DNA of 64,000 nt from an uncultured bacterium (GTDB lineage Bacteria; Hydrothermota; UBA3073; NMUJ01; CBEVQO01): assembly GCA_965552055.1 (NCBI GenBank), contig CBEVQO010000002.1:416001-480000 (forward strand), in the 5' to 3' direction. How positions within the stretch are numbered: position 1 is the first letter of the stretch; every line of letters begins with the position of its first letter. Below, piece after piece: positions 39,087 to 48,914 of the stretch. Position numbers and translations under genes: made by a program. Below the pieces are notes generated by a model. That model saw only the letters and a program-made list of their open reading frames with translations, ran no database searches and had not been told where the DNA came from.

Positions 39087-42000
39087 CTATTTAATTATCG
39101 CAAACTTACCGACCTTCCTTTTTCCATCAGGAGTAGTTATTAGATAAATATAAAGTCCACTGGGAGCTTCAAATCCATCATCCGTCCTTAAATCCCATGC
39201 ATGTGCACCAGGACCCCTATCTTCCTGCCTCAACTCCTCAGGTGACGCTCCACTCAAAGGTCTTATCGTCTGCTCCTTATGCTCTATCGTCTTTATCAAA
39301 AGACCAGCTGCATTAAATATCCTTATCGTGCACTCAGAAGGCAGACCCTGGAACCATATTTTCCTTTTTTCAACACTTTCATCCCAGCTCGCTTTAACAA
39401 AGTAAGGATTGGGCACTACCCTCACACTGTCAAGTGAGTAGCTTTCTTTTTTAATCCCGAATTTCGTTGGCACAAGTATAAATTGAGTTGAAGGTGTCAA
39501 TCTATTCAATGTATATAAATAGAATACAGTTCCACTATCGGGTAATGGCGGATATTCTTCGCCCGCTGGCGTCGCTCCCTTCACAGTATCCCATTTCAAA
39601 CATATCACCCAGTTATTCGGATAATTATCGGTGAATATACTACTATCAGCGTATATGTAGATAGCATCAAGATTGGGGTTTAAGATTTCGGGCTGAATTT
39701 TATTGTAAAACCAGAAATAAGCAGGCTTATCGTCTGTTACATCCCACACTGTGAAGAAACAGGGATTACCCCTTGTATCCTTCTCCGACCATGTATCGCC
39801 AACAAATCTTATCTCATACTCATGCAAAGGATAATATTTATCTACATTTTTAAGATCATAGTTAAACTTCCAGCCCACACTCTTTGACCAGTGAGAATAA
39901 ACTGTGTCTATTACTTTCTCGGTATCAATCTTACAGACTCTGCACGCCGCTAACCTGAATACTATTCCTTTTGTTGGCGGTAATGCCTTGAAATCAAAAT
40001 CTGTACATCTATCCACTATCGTATCACCCGATTCTTTCCCTATTATGCTCCAGGACTCTATCTTTGTGGTTTCTGTAGGCGAAGTTTGAAACACCAGCAA
40101 CAATGTTTCCTCGGGCATATCAAGGGGATTTGCTACAAAAGCTTCGAACCTTACATCTCCCATTCCTTTTATTCTCTCTAATCTTAATCCCGGTTTCTTC
40201 AAATCCGCTGGCGTTTCCATCGGGATAGCCCAGTATTTTGTGCCTGTCTTACCTGATTCCATAGAAGGAATACCATAATAGGGCAACTCCCTGCTGTAAG
40301 AAGTAACACAATAATAGTATTTCTTACCATTCACAACATCTTCATCAACATATACATAGTTTAGCCCTGTTTCCTGACCCACGGTATAGCCCTTAAAGCT
40401 TTTCACTTCAAAGACATCCCCTGGATTCGGCGAAATATCGGCAGGCTGAGATGGATTATAAACACCATCTTTTATTATTATATAAAATCCATCAATGTAG
40501 ATTTTAGCTCCCGAAACATAACCCGGGTCAGAAGAATATGGCTTATTCGTGTTCGGATCTATTATACAATAATCACCTATTTCATCATCAATTGCATCAG
40601 GATTATATTCATAAAGTATTCTCTCAGTTTCATTATAAATTTTGAAAGAATTCTTTGACTCAAATGTTATCGTGTATGAATAAGTCCCAAGTATTGTGTC
40701 AATCTGCGCCAATAAAATTTGGGCACTCGATGTTCCCTTTAAATATCCCACAATAACTGTATCTTTAGTCCTGCTTCCTTTTTTATCAAATTCTGCTAAC
40801 AATTCCCATGTTCCTGGCAAACCTGATTCACTTTTGTAAACTCTATAGCCCTCAAATGTTTTTTCTCCGCTCATAGGACAAACATAGCTCTCCGGTTTAT
40901 TATCCCATGCTATTATAACTTTCTTATCCAGTGGCGTGATCCAGACATCAGGCGAAGGAGGCGGTGCAAACCCCACATACCCATTCTCAAACTGCTTCCT
41001 CGCCATCTCTGCTCTTTCCTTCAACTCATCGAGAGTAAGCCCCACAACCAAAGCAACAGTAAAAGATATCTCTTCACCCGGTTCCAGCACAGGATAAGGA
41101 CCTGTTGATTGTAATTGCCTGATGTCAAAAGGATTATTCCATACCATAAATGCTGTATCAGACAGGAATAAGTATTTTAAAGAATCGGTTCTATCTTCGT
41201 CAATATCATGCCCATAATGCCACACTTTAAATCCCGTCATTCCCTTATCACCCGGTGTCTCACAGAAAACACATCCAACATACCCAGCCGGTGTCTCCCA
41301 ACCGGGCTCAAAACCATCGGAGTCATAGGTATAACCCAAATCAAGTTCTTTATCGTATCCAGCTAAATCATCCTGGGCACCTTGACCCTCTTCAGAAACT
41401 TCAGAACCCACATCGTTATCCATAAATACACCACAATAAATATTCTTCAAAGGAAAAGGATTCATATTCCTTATTCTCCAGTTGATATAAACATAGGCGT
41501 TATTATAATCATAATTCCATGAGTATGTTCTCTGCTCTATCCTTATCCCCATCCCCCATTCATCATAAGGTCCTGCATCCCTCACCCAGAGCACGGTTGC
41601 CTGACCAGCTGGTATCCAGTCGCCCGCACATGCATAAGTGTCCTCAAGGGATATTATATCACCTGTATCCACCTCCATACCCTCTGGTCTTCTCCTGTTT
41701 ATTGTAGTATCAGTAAAGGGCCAGCGCGCCTGATAGGAAGCAGGTTCTTCTCCCTGCTGAGCAAACAACAGATTGCCTTCACCTTCATAGCCATATCCAA
41801 CAGGTATCACCTGGTCGCTGAAATAGAGACCCAATCCACTTAAATCCTTGCCACCCAAATTCTGTGCCTCATAGCAAGCCATAGCACCCAGATCCGAATA
41901 ATAGGCACATTTGCTGACATTTGGCTTCCATACAGTATCTGAACCTGATATCACAGGATAAAGCGCACCAACCCACAATCCATAAGCCCAGATATAATAT

Positions 42001-42314
42001 TGACCTGAACCAGCAGGATATTCTCCATTTAGACCGAGTGGCATATCAAGAGTTTCAAAAGGAAATGTACCATCATAATATTGCCATGATGGGGGTCTTG
42101 AAAATATTCCTCCCTGCAGAGTATTACTTATGCAAATATCCCTTAACTCACCTACCCCTGTCCATGCTACAATCCACCAATCCGCAGGCTTATCCCAGAC
42201 CCTTGTCTTATCACCAGTAGCATGATACGGCTCAGTGAACCTCAATTTCATCTCGTATTTACCATAGAGCAGGAAAGAATAAAGCAAACCTGTTATTAAA
42301 AACAATCTCCTCAT
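39087..42314 (-). CDS. Large exported protein with FN3-like region and CTD
   Basis: APPPSP, FEGYRVYKS, VVPNPY, TIRIFNAAGLLIK, WDLRT, SGLYIY, KFAIIK. Confidence 0.75.
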   Translation of the reverse strand: MRRLFLITGLLYSFLLYGKYEMKLRFTEPYHATGDKTRVWDKPADWWIVAWTGVGELRDICISNTLQGGIFSRPPSWQYYDGTFPFETLDMPLGLNGEYPAGSGQYYIWAYGLWVGALYPVISGSDTVWKPNVSKCAYYSDLGAMACYEAQNLGGKDLSGLGLYFSDQVIPVGYGYEGEGNLLFAQQGEEPASYQARWPFTDTTINRRRPEGMEVDTGDIISLEDTYACAGDWIPAGQATVLWVRDAGPYDEWGMGIRIEQRTYSWNYDYNNAYVYINWRIRNMNPFPLKNIYCGVFMDNDVGSEVSEEGQGAQDDLAGYDKELDLGYTYDSDGFEPGWETPAGYVGCVFCETPGDKGMTGFKVWHYGHDIDEDRTDSLKYLFLSDTAFMVWNNPFDIRQLQSTGPYPVLEPGEEISFTVALVVGLTLDELKERAEMARKQFENGYVGFAPPPSPDVWITPLDKKVIIAWDNKPESYVCPMSGEKTFEGYRVYKSESGLPGTWELLAEFDKKGSRTKDTVIVGYLKGTSSAQILLAQIDTILGTYSYTITFESKNSFKIYNETERILYEYNPDAIDDEIGDYCIIDPNTNKPYSSDPGYVSGAKIYIDGFYIIIKDGVYNPSQPADISPNPGDVFEVKSFKGYTVGQETGLNYVYVDEDVVNGKKYYYCVTSYSRELPYYGIPSMESGKTGTKYWAIPMETPADLKKPGLRLERIKGMGDVRFEAFVANPLDMPEETLLLVFQTSPTETTKIESWSIIGKESGDTIVDRCTDFDFKALPPTKGIVFRLAACRVCKIDTEKVIDTVYSHWSKSVGWKFNYDLKNVDKYYPLHEYEIRFVGDTWSEKDTRGNPCFFTVWDVTDDKPAYFWFYNKIQPEILNPNLDAIYIYADSSIFTDNYPNNWVICLKWDTVKGATPAGEEYPPLPDSGTVFYLYTLNRLTPSTQFILVPTKFGIKKESYSLDSVRVVPNPYFVKASWDESVEKRKIWFQGLPSECTIRIFNAAGLLIKTIEHKEQTIRPLSGASPEELRQEDRGPGAHAWDLRTDDGFEAPSGLYIYLITTPDGKRKVGKFAIIK

Positions 42315-42323
42315 AGCCCCTCC

Positions 42324-45300
42324 TTAAATTGATAACCTTATACCAACTCTTATTAATCTCCTGTTCATGTAATGATAAGGATTTGTTACATATATTTTCC
42401 AGAACTCTTTCACAGCGTTATACCACTCTTCAGGTGATTCAAAACCATAATCTTTATAATACCTCGAATAAAGTGAAGGCTCATAAACAGGTGCAGCTCC
42501 ATTATCATCGGGCAAACCTGTCGTTTCATAAACATCAGCGATGTTCAAGTTATTGGTCATATTCAAAATATCAGCATATAACTCCATTGGCAGCTTAAAT
42601 TTATACAATTCTTTCCTCAATCTTACATCTATTTGCCATGTAGAAGGTCTCCTTTTTGAACCCGGAGCAAGTGGATTGCCTTTCAGGTCTTCGGGTGTAT
42701 AAGGTGTGCCCGATTGGAATGTCCAATCCAAGTTTATGTTTAAACCGCCGAGTAACAGATTAAATTTAGGATAATCTATCGGGAAATAAAAGTTTATATA
42801 ACCCCTGAATGTGTGTGGCACTTCAAAATCCAGTGGAAACTCCATCTTCGGTAATTCCCTTGTCGTCAGCATATATCTCCTGTAATACTCATCGGATTCC
42901 GAACCTGTACCCCTTGCCGATTGATATTCATAACTTACCTCAAAACTCGTCTGTATACCGGCAAAAGAGCCAGCTCTCTGTTTCAAAGTAATCTCCATAC
43001 CTTTAACTTCTGCAATATCTCTTAACAAATAAATTGTGTACTGGGCAAGACGCTTACGCCAGATTGTTCTAACAGGACGGCTACTTAATAGATTCTTGAC
43101 ATCTTTAAAGTAAAAGGCAATAAGTCCTTTGAATTCCGGTGAAAACGCATATTCGTATCCCACCTCATAAAGCACCTGGCTCTCTGGTGGCAAGTTTGGA
43201 TTGCCTATCAGCGGATATCCGCAGGTTATATCGGCGTATAAATTCTGATAAAGGTCTTCAAGATTTACATGCTTAAAGAACCATCCATAATGGGCATACA
43301 TCTTTGATTTCTCTGTCACTGCATAACTTATTCCGAATCTCGGTGAAATCTGCCACTTGGGCTTTACCCATGCCCTACCAGAATCGAGATTCTCAAGATC
43401 AACATAGAATTCGGACATAGGATGGAAGAAATCTATCCTTAAACCAGGTTTCATTGTAAGGTCTCCGTACTCTATCTTATCCTGTATGTAAGCAGCAGCA
43501 GATACAGGTTTTTTACTATAATGGTCGGTATAAGGGTTCTCATTTGCAAAATATACCTCTGTCATCTTAACATTATAAAATCTTACCTGACCCCCTGCTT
43601 TTATAGTATGGAATCTATTAGGAGCATATGTCATTTTGAAACTTATTTCATAATGTTTATTCATCCTATCATGCCAGTAAGGATAAGCATACCAGCCAAA
43701 TAACACACCAGATGGCCATGCCCAATCAGGTCCCCTGTTGTATCTTATCATATACATATTACCACTGGGCTCCATCATTTCACGGGTAAATGTAGTGTCT
43801 TCTATCAATTTTACTACATCTTCGATATATTTATCGAGATTAAATTTATGATAGAAAATAGCCGTATCCCCTTTCATTAACACAACTGTATTCCACACGG
43901 TATCAAGCGTATCTGGACGCAATGTCCAGTGATAAGAATTTACCTCATACCACCTGTCGTTCAAAGCATCAACAATATTTGGCACAGAAGTAGTCCAAAT
44001 CCATCCTTTCTCCGGGTCCCATTTACCCCAATTTAGCACATTTTCATAATAGTAATAATATGCTTTATCAGCACCCCAGCCTTCTTTCCATTTCCTCCAG
44101 GCAGGGTCCCACCAGCCCTGAGATACCGCATAAGAAACCCAGGGCAACCTCTCTGCTATAACCTTCCATTCACTGTAATGTTTCCCATTAAACCCCGCTA
44201 CATGATAATGGGTGTTGAATAATCCAAAGGTAAAATAAAATTTTAACTTCGCAGAAGCAGAATATGTCAGATTCGCATTTAGTCTATAACTATCATGAGA
44301 ATATAATGGAGTATCCCTTAACCAATCTCCCCATGAAAAGTAATGAATATACCTGTGCCATACCCTTTTACCATAGCTCCCGGATAGCTTCAATATCAGT
44401 TTCTTCTCTTTACCGAAACCCCTTTCCCATTTAACGGTACCAGAACCTCCATACCTTCTTTCATCACTATGAGGCAATCTCCTTGGTCTCTTATATTTAA
44501 GCAACTCGTTGCGATAAAAGTTCCACATTGAAACAGAATCTTTTATCTCATACTCAGGAGAATCAAACCAGTTACCCTGCAAGAAGAAAGTGGAACCCTT
44601 ACCAAGGAACTTCAATGGACCACTCAAAACCCATCCAAGTTTATTATAGCCACTGTTATAAGGTCCAAGGAAGACATCACCATAATAGTTCAATCCAGCC
44701 ATCAGAATCGGTGTACCTGCTTTGGTAACGATATTTGCGACACCAGAAAGCACCTGTCCATATTCTGCATCAAAACCACTTTTTATAAGCTCCATTTCTT
44801 CAATGGCTGCGTTATCGATTATCTCACCAGCTTCACCTGTAAAAGGATCATTTACCACTACACCATCAACTATGTAAACGGTTTCTCCTGTTCTTCCGCC
44901 TCTTATGTGAATCTCTTTACCCGCTCCCCTCTGTATCGCTACAACTCCAGTGGATTTAGCTATAACATCGTGATAATTGGTAACGGGTTTTTGCTCTATC
45001 TCCTTACTTGTAACACGACTCACTGATGCAGTTACATCCCTCTCAACAATGGGTCTTTTCGCAGTAACAACTATAACCTGACCTTTCACCACCTCGGGCT
45101 CGAGGTAAAAATCCAGAGTATAAGTCATATCCGCAAATATCCAAACACTGTCAACACGCATCTTCGAATAACCCATACGAGATGCTTCAACAGTATAGCA
45201 ACCGACCGGGATATCTATTATCATGTAATTGCCATTCTTATCGGAAATAGCTCCTATCCCTGTGGGCTTGCCATTACGCAACAATGTTATTGAAACATAT

Positions 45301-45413
45301 CCCAGCGGCTTATTGGTAGATTTATCATAAGTCCTGCCAACGAGTTTACCAGTAACCCCTGCATACGCCGTCCAGCTCATTACACATAAAAATGCAATCG
45401 TTAAATACCTCAT
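42324..45413 (-). CDS. TonB-dependent receptor
   Basis: N-terminal CarboxypepD_reg-like domain, plug HIRGGR, GFDAEYG, SPRFGISY, GNPNL, C-terminal IRVGIRLSI. Confidence 0.9.
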   Translation of the reverse strand: MRYLTIAFLCVMSWTAYAGVTGKLVGRTYDKSTNKPLGYVSITLLRNGKPTGIGAISDKNGNYMIIDIPVGCYTVEASRMGYSKMRVDSVWIFADMTYTLDFYLEPEVVKGQVIVVTAKRPIVERDVTASVSRVTSKEIEQKPVTNYHDVIAKSTGVVAIQRGAGKEIHIRGGRTGETVYIVDGVVVNDPFTGEAGEIIDNAAIEEMELIKSGFDAEYGQVLSGVANIVTKAGTPILMAGLNYYGDVFLGPYNSGYNKLGWVLSGPLKFLGKGSTFFLQGNWFDSPEYEIKDSVSMWNFYRNELLKYKRPRRLPHSDERRYGGSGTVKWERGFGKEKKLILKLSGSYGKRVWHRYIHYFSWGDWLRDTPLYSHDSYRLNANLTYSASAKLKFYFTFGLFNTHYHVAGFNGKHYSEWKVIAERLPWVSYAVSQGWWDPAWRKWKEGWGADKAYYYYYENVLNWGKWDPEKGWIWTTSVPNIVDALNDRWYEVNSYHWTLRPDTLDTVWNTVVLMKGDTAIFYHKFNLDKYIEDVVKLIEDTTFTREMMEPSGNMYMIRYNRGPDWAWPSGVLFGWYAYPYWHDRMNKHYEISFKMTYAPNRFHTIKAGGQVRFYNVKMTEVYFANENPYTDHYSKKPVSAAAYIQDKIEYGDLTMKPGLRIDFFHPMSEFYVDLENLDSGRAWVKPKWQISPRFGISYAVTEKSKMYAHYGWFFKHVNLEDLYQNLYADITCGYPLIGNPNLPPESQVLYEVGYEYAFSPEFKGLIAFYFKDVKNLLSSRPVRTIWRKRLAQYTIYLLRDIAEVKGMEITLKQRAGSFAGIQTSFEVSYEYQSARGTGSESDEYYRRYMLTTRELPKMEFPLDFEVPHTFRGYINFYFPIDYPKFNLLLGGLNINLDWTFQSGTPYTPEDLKGNPLAPGSKRRPSTWQIDVRLRKELYKFKLPMELYADILNMTNNLNIADVYETTGLPDDNGAAPVYEPSLYSRYYKDYGFESPEEWYNAVKEFWKIYVTNPYHYMNRRLIRVGIRLSI

Positions 45414-45429
45414 ACTCCCCTCCAGCTTT

Positions 45430-45456
45430 TTTATAATCCATCTGTGAGGTTGTCAA
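45430..45456 (-). promoter_or_regulatory. Promoter TTGACA-N15-TATAAA for the TBDR operon
   Basis: Read directly. Confidence 0.6.
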
Positions 45457-45491
45457 GCTAAATTTAATTTCAAATTTTTTTTAATTTCTAC

Positions 45492-45518
45492 TTGACAATT
45501 TCAAAAATCGATTAATAT
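45492..45518 (+). promoter_or_regulatory. Promoter TTGACA-N15-TAATAT
   Basis: Read directly. Confidence 0.6.
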
Positions 45519-45527
45519 AGTAATGCT

Positions 45528-46307
45528 ATGGATAAAAAATTTCCATTCCCAACTTCAACGGTAAACCAGTTGATAAATACCCTGGAGAATATTCCACCTG
45601 AAGGTATTACTTCGGATGAGCTTTGTGAGAAGATGAAATGCACCAAAAAAGATTTAAGTAAAGTTATCCCCTTCTTAAGATATTTAAATCTCATTGATAT
45701 TAAAGAAGGCAAAATAATTTTGACAGAAATTGGCAAGGAATTTTTAGATGCTCCCGAAAAAGATAGACCCAAAATTTTCAGGAAAGCGCTCTTAAACAGT
45801 GTTTTTAAGGACCTTCTCAAATTACTTGATGGGAAAGAGTTTACCCTCTCCGAGCTTGCTCACTTCTTCAAAAACAAATTGAAAAGCAAAGGTAACTTAG
45901 CGGTTTTAAAAGGTTATGCTGTGAAGCTCCAAACATGGCTCGATTATGCTGGTATCGCTACAAAAAAGAGAATAGGCAGAGAAGTAAAAAGATTTTTTAG
46001 TTTAAAAGAAAAGGAAGAAGAAGTTCCGAAGGAAGAGAAAGTAGAAGCAAAAGAGAAATTTGATAATAAATTTTTCTATGAACTGGGAAAATTGATAGGC
46101 TATATTTATGCAAAGTCCGAGAAAGAACCTTTTTTATTGAGCCAGATTGATAAACTTGCTGAATTATCGAAGGAAATTGACAAAGAAGGTATAATTGCTG
46201 AGTTACTCAATGTTCATAAAGAATTGTTTAAGGAGCTGCGGGAGCCTCGTATTTTCATTGCAGATATTCAATTGCTCGAAAAGAAAATACAAAGCTCTTT
46301 AAAATGA
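45528..46307 (+). CDS. Hypothetical tandem winged-helix protein (AAA-associated-domain-like)
   Basis: LRYLNLI...IILTEIGKEF wing motif; second wHTH-like unit ending TWLDYAGI. Confidence 0.5.
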   Translation: MDKKFPFPTSTVNQLINTLENIPPEGITSDELCEKMKCTKKDLSKVIPFLRYLNLIDIKEGKIILTEIGKEFLDAPEKDRPKIFRKALLNSVFKDLLKLLDGKEFTLSELAHFFKNKLKSKGNLAVLKGYAVKLQTWLDYAGIATKKRIGREVKRFFSLKEKEEEVPKEEKVEAKEKFDNKFFYELGKLIGYIYAKSEKEPFLLSQIDKLAELSKEIDKEGIIAELLNVHKELFKELREPRIFIADIQLLEKKIQSSLK

Positions 46308-46312
46308 AAATT

Positions 46313-46442
46313 GGGGACCTTCGGTGCCCATACCGTGGGGGACACACCCGAACCCATTCCGAATTCGGTCGTTAAGCCCCACAGGGCCGATGGTACTGCA
46401 CCCGCAAGGGTGTGGGAGAGTAGGTCGGTGCCGGGGGTCCCT
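46313..46442 (+). rRNA. rrf: 5S rRNA (unlinked from 16S/23S); ends approximate
   Basis: CACCCGAACCCATTCCGAATTCGGTCGTTAAG, GCCGATGGTACTG, GGGAGAGTAGGTCGGTGCCG; complementary termini. Confidence 0.95.
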
Positions 46443-46450
46443 TCACTCAA

Positions 46451-47656
46451 ATGAATAAGAATTTTAAATTATCAGAAAGAGCAAAAAAAATACCCGCTTC
46501 TCCGATAAGAAAACTATTGCCTTATGCAGATGAAGCTAAAAAGAGAGGAATAAAAGTATATCATCTGAATATCGGACAGCCAGATATCCCGACTCCAGAT
46601 GTATTCTTCAAAGCAATAAAAGAAACGAAAGAAAAAGTGATAGCTTATGGACCATCTCAGGGATTACCCATCTTACGGGAAGCAATTGCTGAATATCTAA
46701 GAAAGAATAGCATAAATGCAGAGCCTGATGATGTTTTCATAACAATAGGCGGTAGCGAAGCAATTCTTTTCTCTTATCTCCTGACATGTGATAAGGATGA
46801 CGAAGTTCTGATACCCGAACCCTGCTATGCAAATTATATAAGCATTGGTGCAATGTGCGAGATTAAACTCATACCAATAAGGACAACAGTAGAAACAGGC
46901 TTCCATTTGCCACCCGCTGAAGAAATTAAAAAACTTGTAACGAAAAAGACAAAGGCAATAGTGCTAATATCTCCAAACAATCCCACGGGTACCGTCTATT
47001 CCGAAAATGAATTAAGGGAAATTGTCAAAGTAGCAAGAGAATTTAACCTTTGTATAATTTCCGATGAAGTTTATAGAGAATTTACCTTTGATAACATTCA
47101 TCATACGAGTATCTTTCACATAAAAGAAGCAGAGGATATTTCGATAATGATTGATAGCATTTCCAAGCGCTTCAGTGCATGTGGTGCAAGGATAGGTTTT
47201 ATCTTTACGAAAAATGAGAAATTCAAAGAGGCATTGTGGAGGATACCGCAGGCAAGATTGTGTCCCCCTACTCTTGAGCAATATGGGGCAACCGCCTGTT
47301 TTAAAGAATTTCAAAAAATAGTCCCAAGGATAAAAGAAGAATTCGAAAGAAGGAGAAATGTAGTTTATGAGGAGATTTTAAAAACAGATGGCTTATTTAC
47401 CCAGAAACCCGAAGGCGCTTTTTACACAGTTGTAAGATTACCCGTAGATGATGCCGAGGATTTTGTAAAATTTATGCTAACAGATTTTAATGTCAATGGC
47501 AAAACAGTAATGCTTGCACCGGCAAACGGCTTCTATGTGTCTAACCGTGGTAAAAACGAAGCAAGAATAGCCTATGTTCTTGAAGAAGAAAAATTAAGAG
47601 AAGCGATGCAAATTTTGAGAGAAGGATTAAAAAAATACAGGCTCAAGACTCAATAA
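46451..47656 (+). CDS. PLP-dependent class I/II aminotransferase (aspartate aminotransferase-like)
   Basis: LNIGQPD, SPNNPTG, SDEVY, DSISKRFSACGARIG. Confidence 0.92.
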   Translation: MNKNFKLSERAKKIPASPIRKLLPYADEAKKRGIKVYHLNIGQPDIPTPDVFFKAIKETKEKVIAYGPSQGLPILREAIAEYLRKNSINAEPDDVFITIGGSEAILFSYLLTCDKDDEVLIPEPCYANYISIGAMCEIKLIPIRTTVETGFHLPPAEEIKKLVTKKTKAIVLISPNNPTGTVYSENELREIVKVAREFNLCIISDEVYREFTFDNIHHTSIFHIKEAEDISIMIDSISKRFSACGARIGFIFTKNEKFKEALWRIPQARLCPPTLEQYGATACFKEFQKIVPRIKEEFERRRNVVYEEILKTDGLFTQKPEGAFYTVVRLPVDDAEDFVKFMLTDFNVNGKTVMLAPANGFYVSNRGKNEARIAYVLEEEKLREAMQILREGLKKYRLKTQ

Positions 47657-48718
47657 AATATTTTTTATCCTCTCAGCCGATTTGCCATCCCACAAATAAT
47701 ATCCCTTTGTCTTTTTAACTTTTCCTCTTAAAATTTTATCCACCTCTTTTTTTAACTTCTCTGTTGTCTTGCACAAAGTATTTGTCCCCAATCTTATGGT
47801 TATCGGGCGTTCTGTGTTGCGACGCAGAGTTAGACACGGTACATCGAGAAACATCGTCTCTTCCTGTACGCCACCCGAATCTGTAATAACAAACAGGGCA
47901 TTCATTTCAAGATTTAAAAAATCAATATAACCCACAGGCTCTATTACATATATATTTTTTAATAAAGAAGAAAGACCAAAACTTTTGATATTTTTCGAAG
48001 TCCTCGGATGAATCGGGAAAACTATCTTTACTTTCCTTGCGATTTCATTTAATGTTTTTAAAATTTTTTCTAATTTCTCTCTATCATCAACATTCTCCGG
48101 GCGATGTAATGTCAAAAGGCAATATTCTTTTTCTTTTAAACCTAATTTTTGTAAAATTTCCGATTTTTTTATTTTTTCAAAGTTCTCAATTAAAGTATCG
48201 ATCATGACATTACCAACCAGAAATATTTTTTCTTTCGGGATTCCTTCTCTTAACAAATTTTTATCGGCTTCTGGTGAATGGGTAAAAAGTAATTGTGATA
48301 TTGAGTCTGTCAATTTTCTGTTTATTTCTTCTGGCATTTTATCGTCAAAAGACCTGAGCCCAGCTTCTACATGGCAGACGGGAATATGGAGTTTCACAGC
48401 TGTGAGTGCAGCAGCAAGAGTAGAATTTACATCACCCACAACCATCACCCAATCGGGTTTTTCCTTAAAAAGTATTTTCTCAAATTCTATCATGACCTTA
48501 CCTTTTTGCTCTGCATGAGTACCTGAGCCTACTCCAAGATAAAAATGAGGTTCAGGAATTTCAAGGTCTTCGAAAAATTTTTTCGACATATTGAAATCAT
48601 AATGCTGACCTGTATGACATATTAAAAAATTGACCCCCTCTTTGTGCTTAAATTGATTGTAAATAGGTGCGATTTTCATAAAGTTGGGACGAGCACCAAC
48701 TACTCCTATTATTTTCAT
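47627..48718 (-). CDS. wecB: UDP-N-acetylglucosamine 2-epimerase (non-hydrolysing)
   Basis: GARPNFMK, HTGQHYD, HVEAGLRS, TDSGGVQEE. Confidence 0.93.
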   Translation of the reverse strand: MKIIGVVGARPNFMKIAPIYNQFKHKEGVNFLICHTGQHYDFNMSKKFFEDLEIPEPHFYLGVGSGTHAEQKGKVMIEFEKILFKEKPDWVMVVGDVNSTLAAALTAVKLHIPVCHVEAGLRSFDDKMPEEINRKLTDSISQLLFTHSPEADKNLLREGIPKEKIFLVGNVMIDTLIENFEKIKKSEILQKLGLKEKEYCLLTLHRPENVDDREKLEKILKTLNEIARKVKIVFPIHPRTSKNIKSFGLSSLLKNIYVIEPVGYIDFLNLEMNALFVITDSGGVQEETMFLDVPCLTLRRNTERPITIRLGTNTLCKTTEKLKKEVDKILRGKVKKTKGYYLWDGKSAERIKNILLSLEPVFF

Positions 48719-48724
48719 CGTGGG

Positions 48725-48797
48725 AGGCGCCGGGCGGATTCGAACCGCCGCATAGTGGTTTTGCAGACCACCCCCTTAACCCCTTGGGTACGGCGCC
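48725..48797 (-). tRNA. tRNA-Cys(GCA)
   Basis: Acceptor GGCGCCG/CGGCGCC; anticodon arm GTGGT-CTGCAAA-ACCAC; TTCGAAT. Confidence 0.95.
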
Positions 48798-48798
48798 G

Positions 48799-48870
48799 AG
48801 CGGAAGACGGGATTCGAACCCGCGACCTCCTGCATGGCAAGCAGGCGCTCTACCGCTGAGCTACTTCCGC
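48799..48870 (-). tRNA. tRNA-Gly(GCC)
   Basis: Acceptor GCGGAAG/CTTCCGC; anticodon arm CCTGC-TTGCCAT-GCAGG. Confidence 0.95.
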
Positions 48871-48878
48871 CCTAATAT

Positions 48879-48905
48879 ATTATATCCAAAATCTTAAATT
48901 GTCAA
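48879..48905 (-). promoter_or_regulatory. Perfect-consensus promoter TTGACA-N15-TATAAT for tRNA-Gly/Cys
   Basis: Read directly; -10 box ends 8 nt before the tRNA. Confidence 0.8.
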
Positions 48906-48914
48906 GCTTAATTT

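Noticed and set aside
46268..46450. 60-aa minus-strand ORF (similarly 48644..48859 and 59744..60145)
   Set aside because: These are antisense shadows of the 5S rRNA, tRNA genes and adjacent CDSs.
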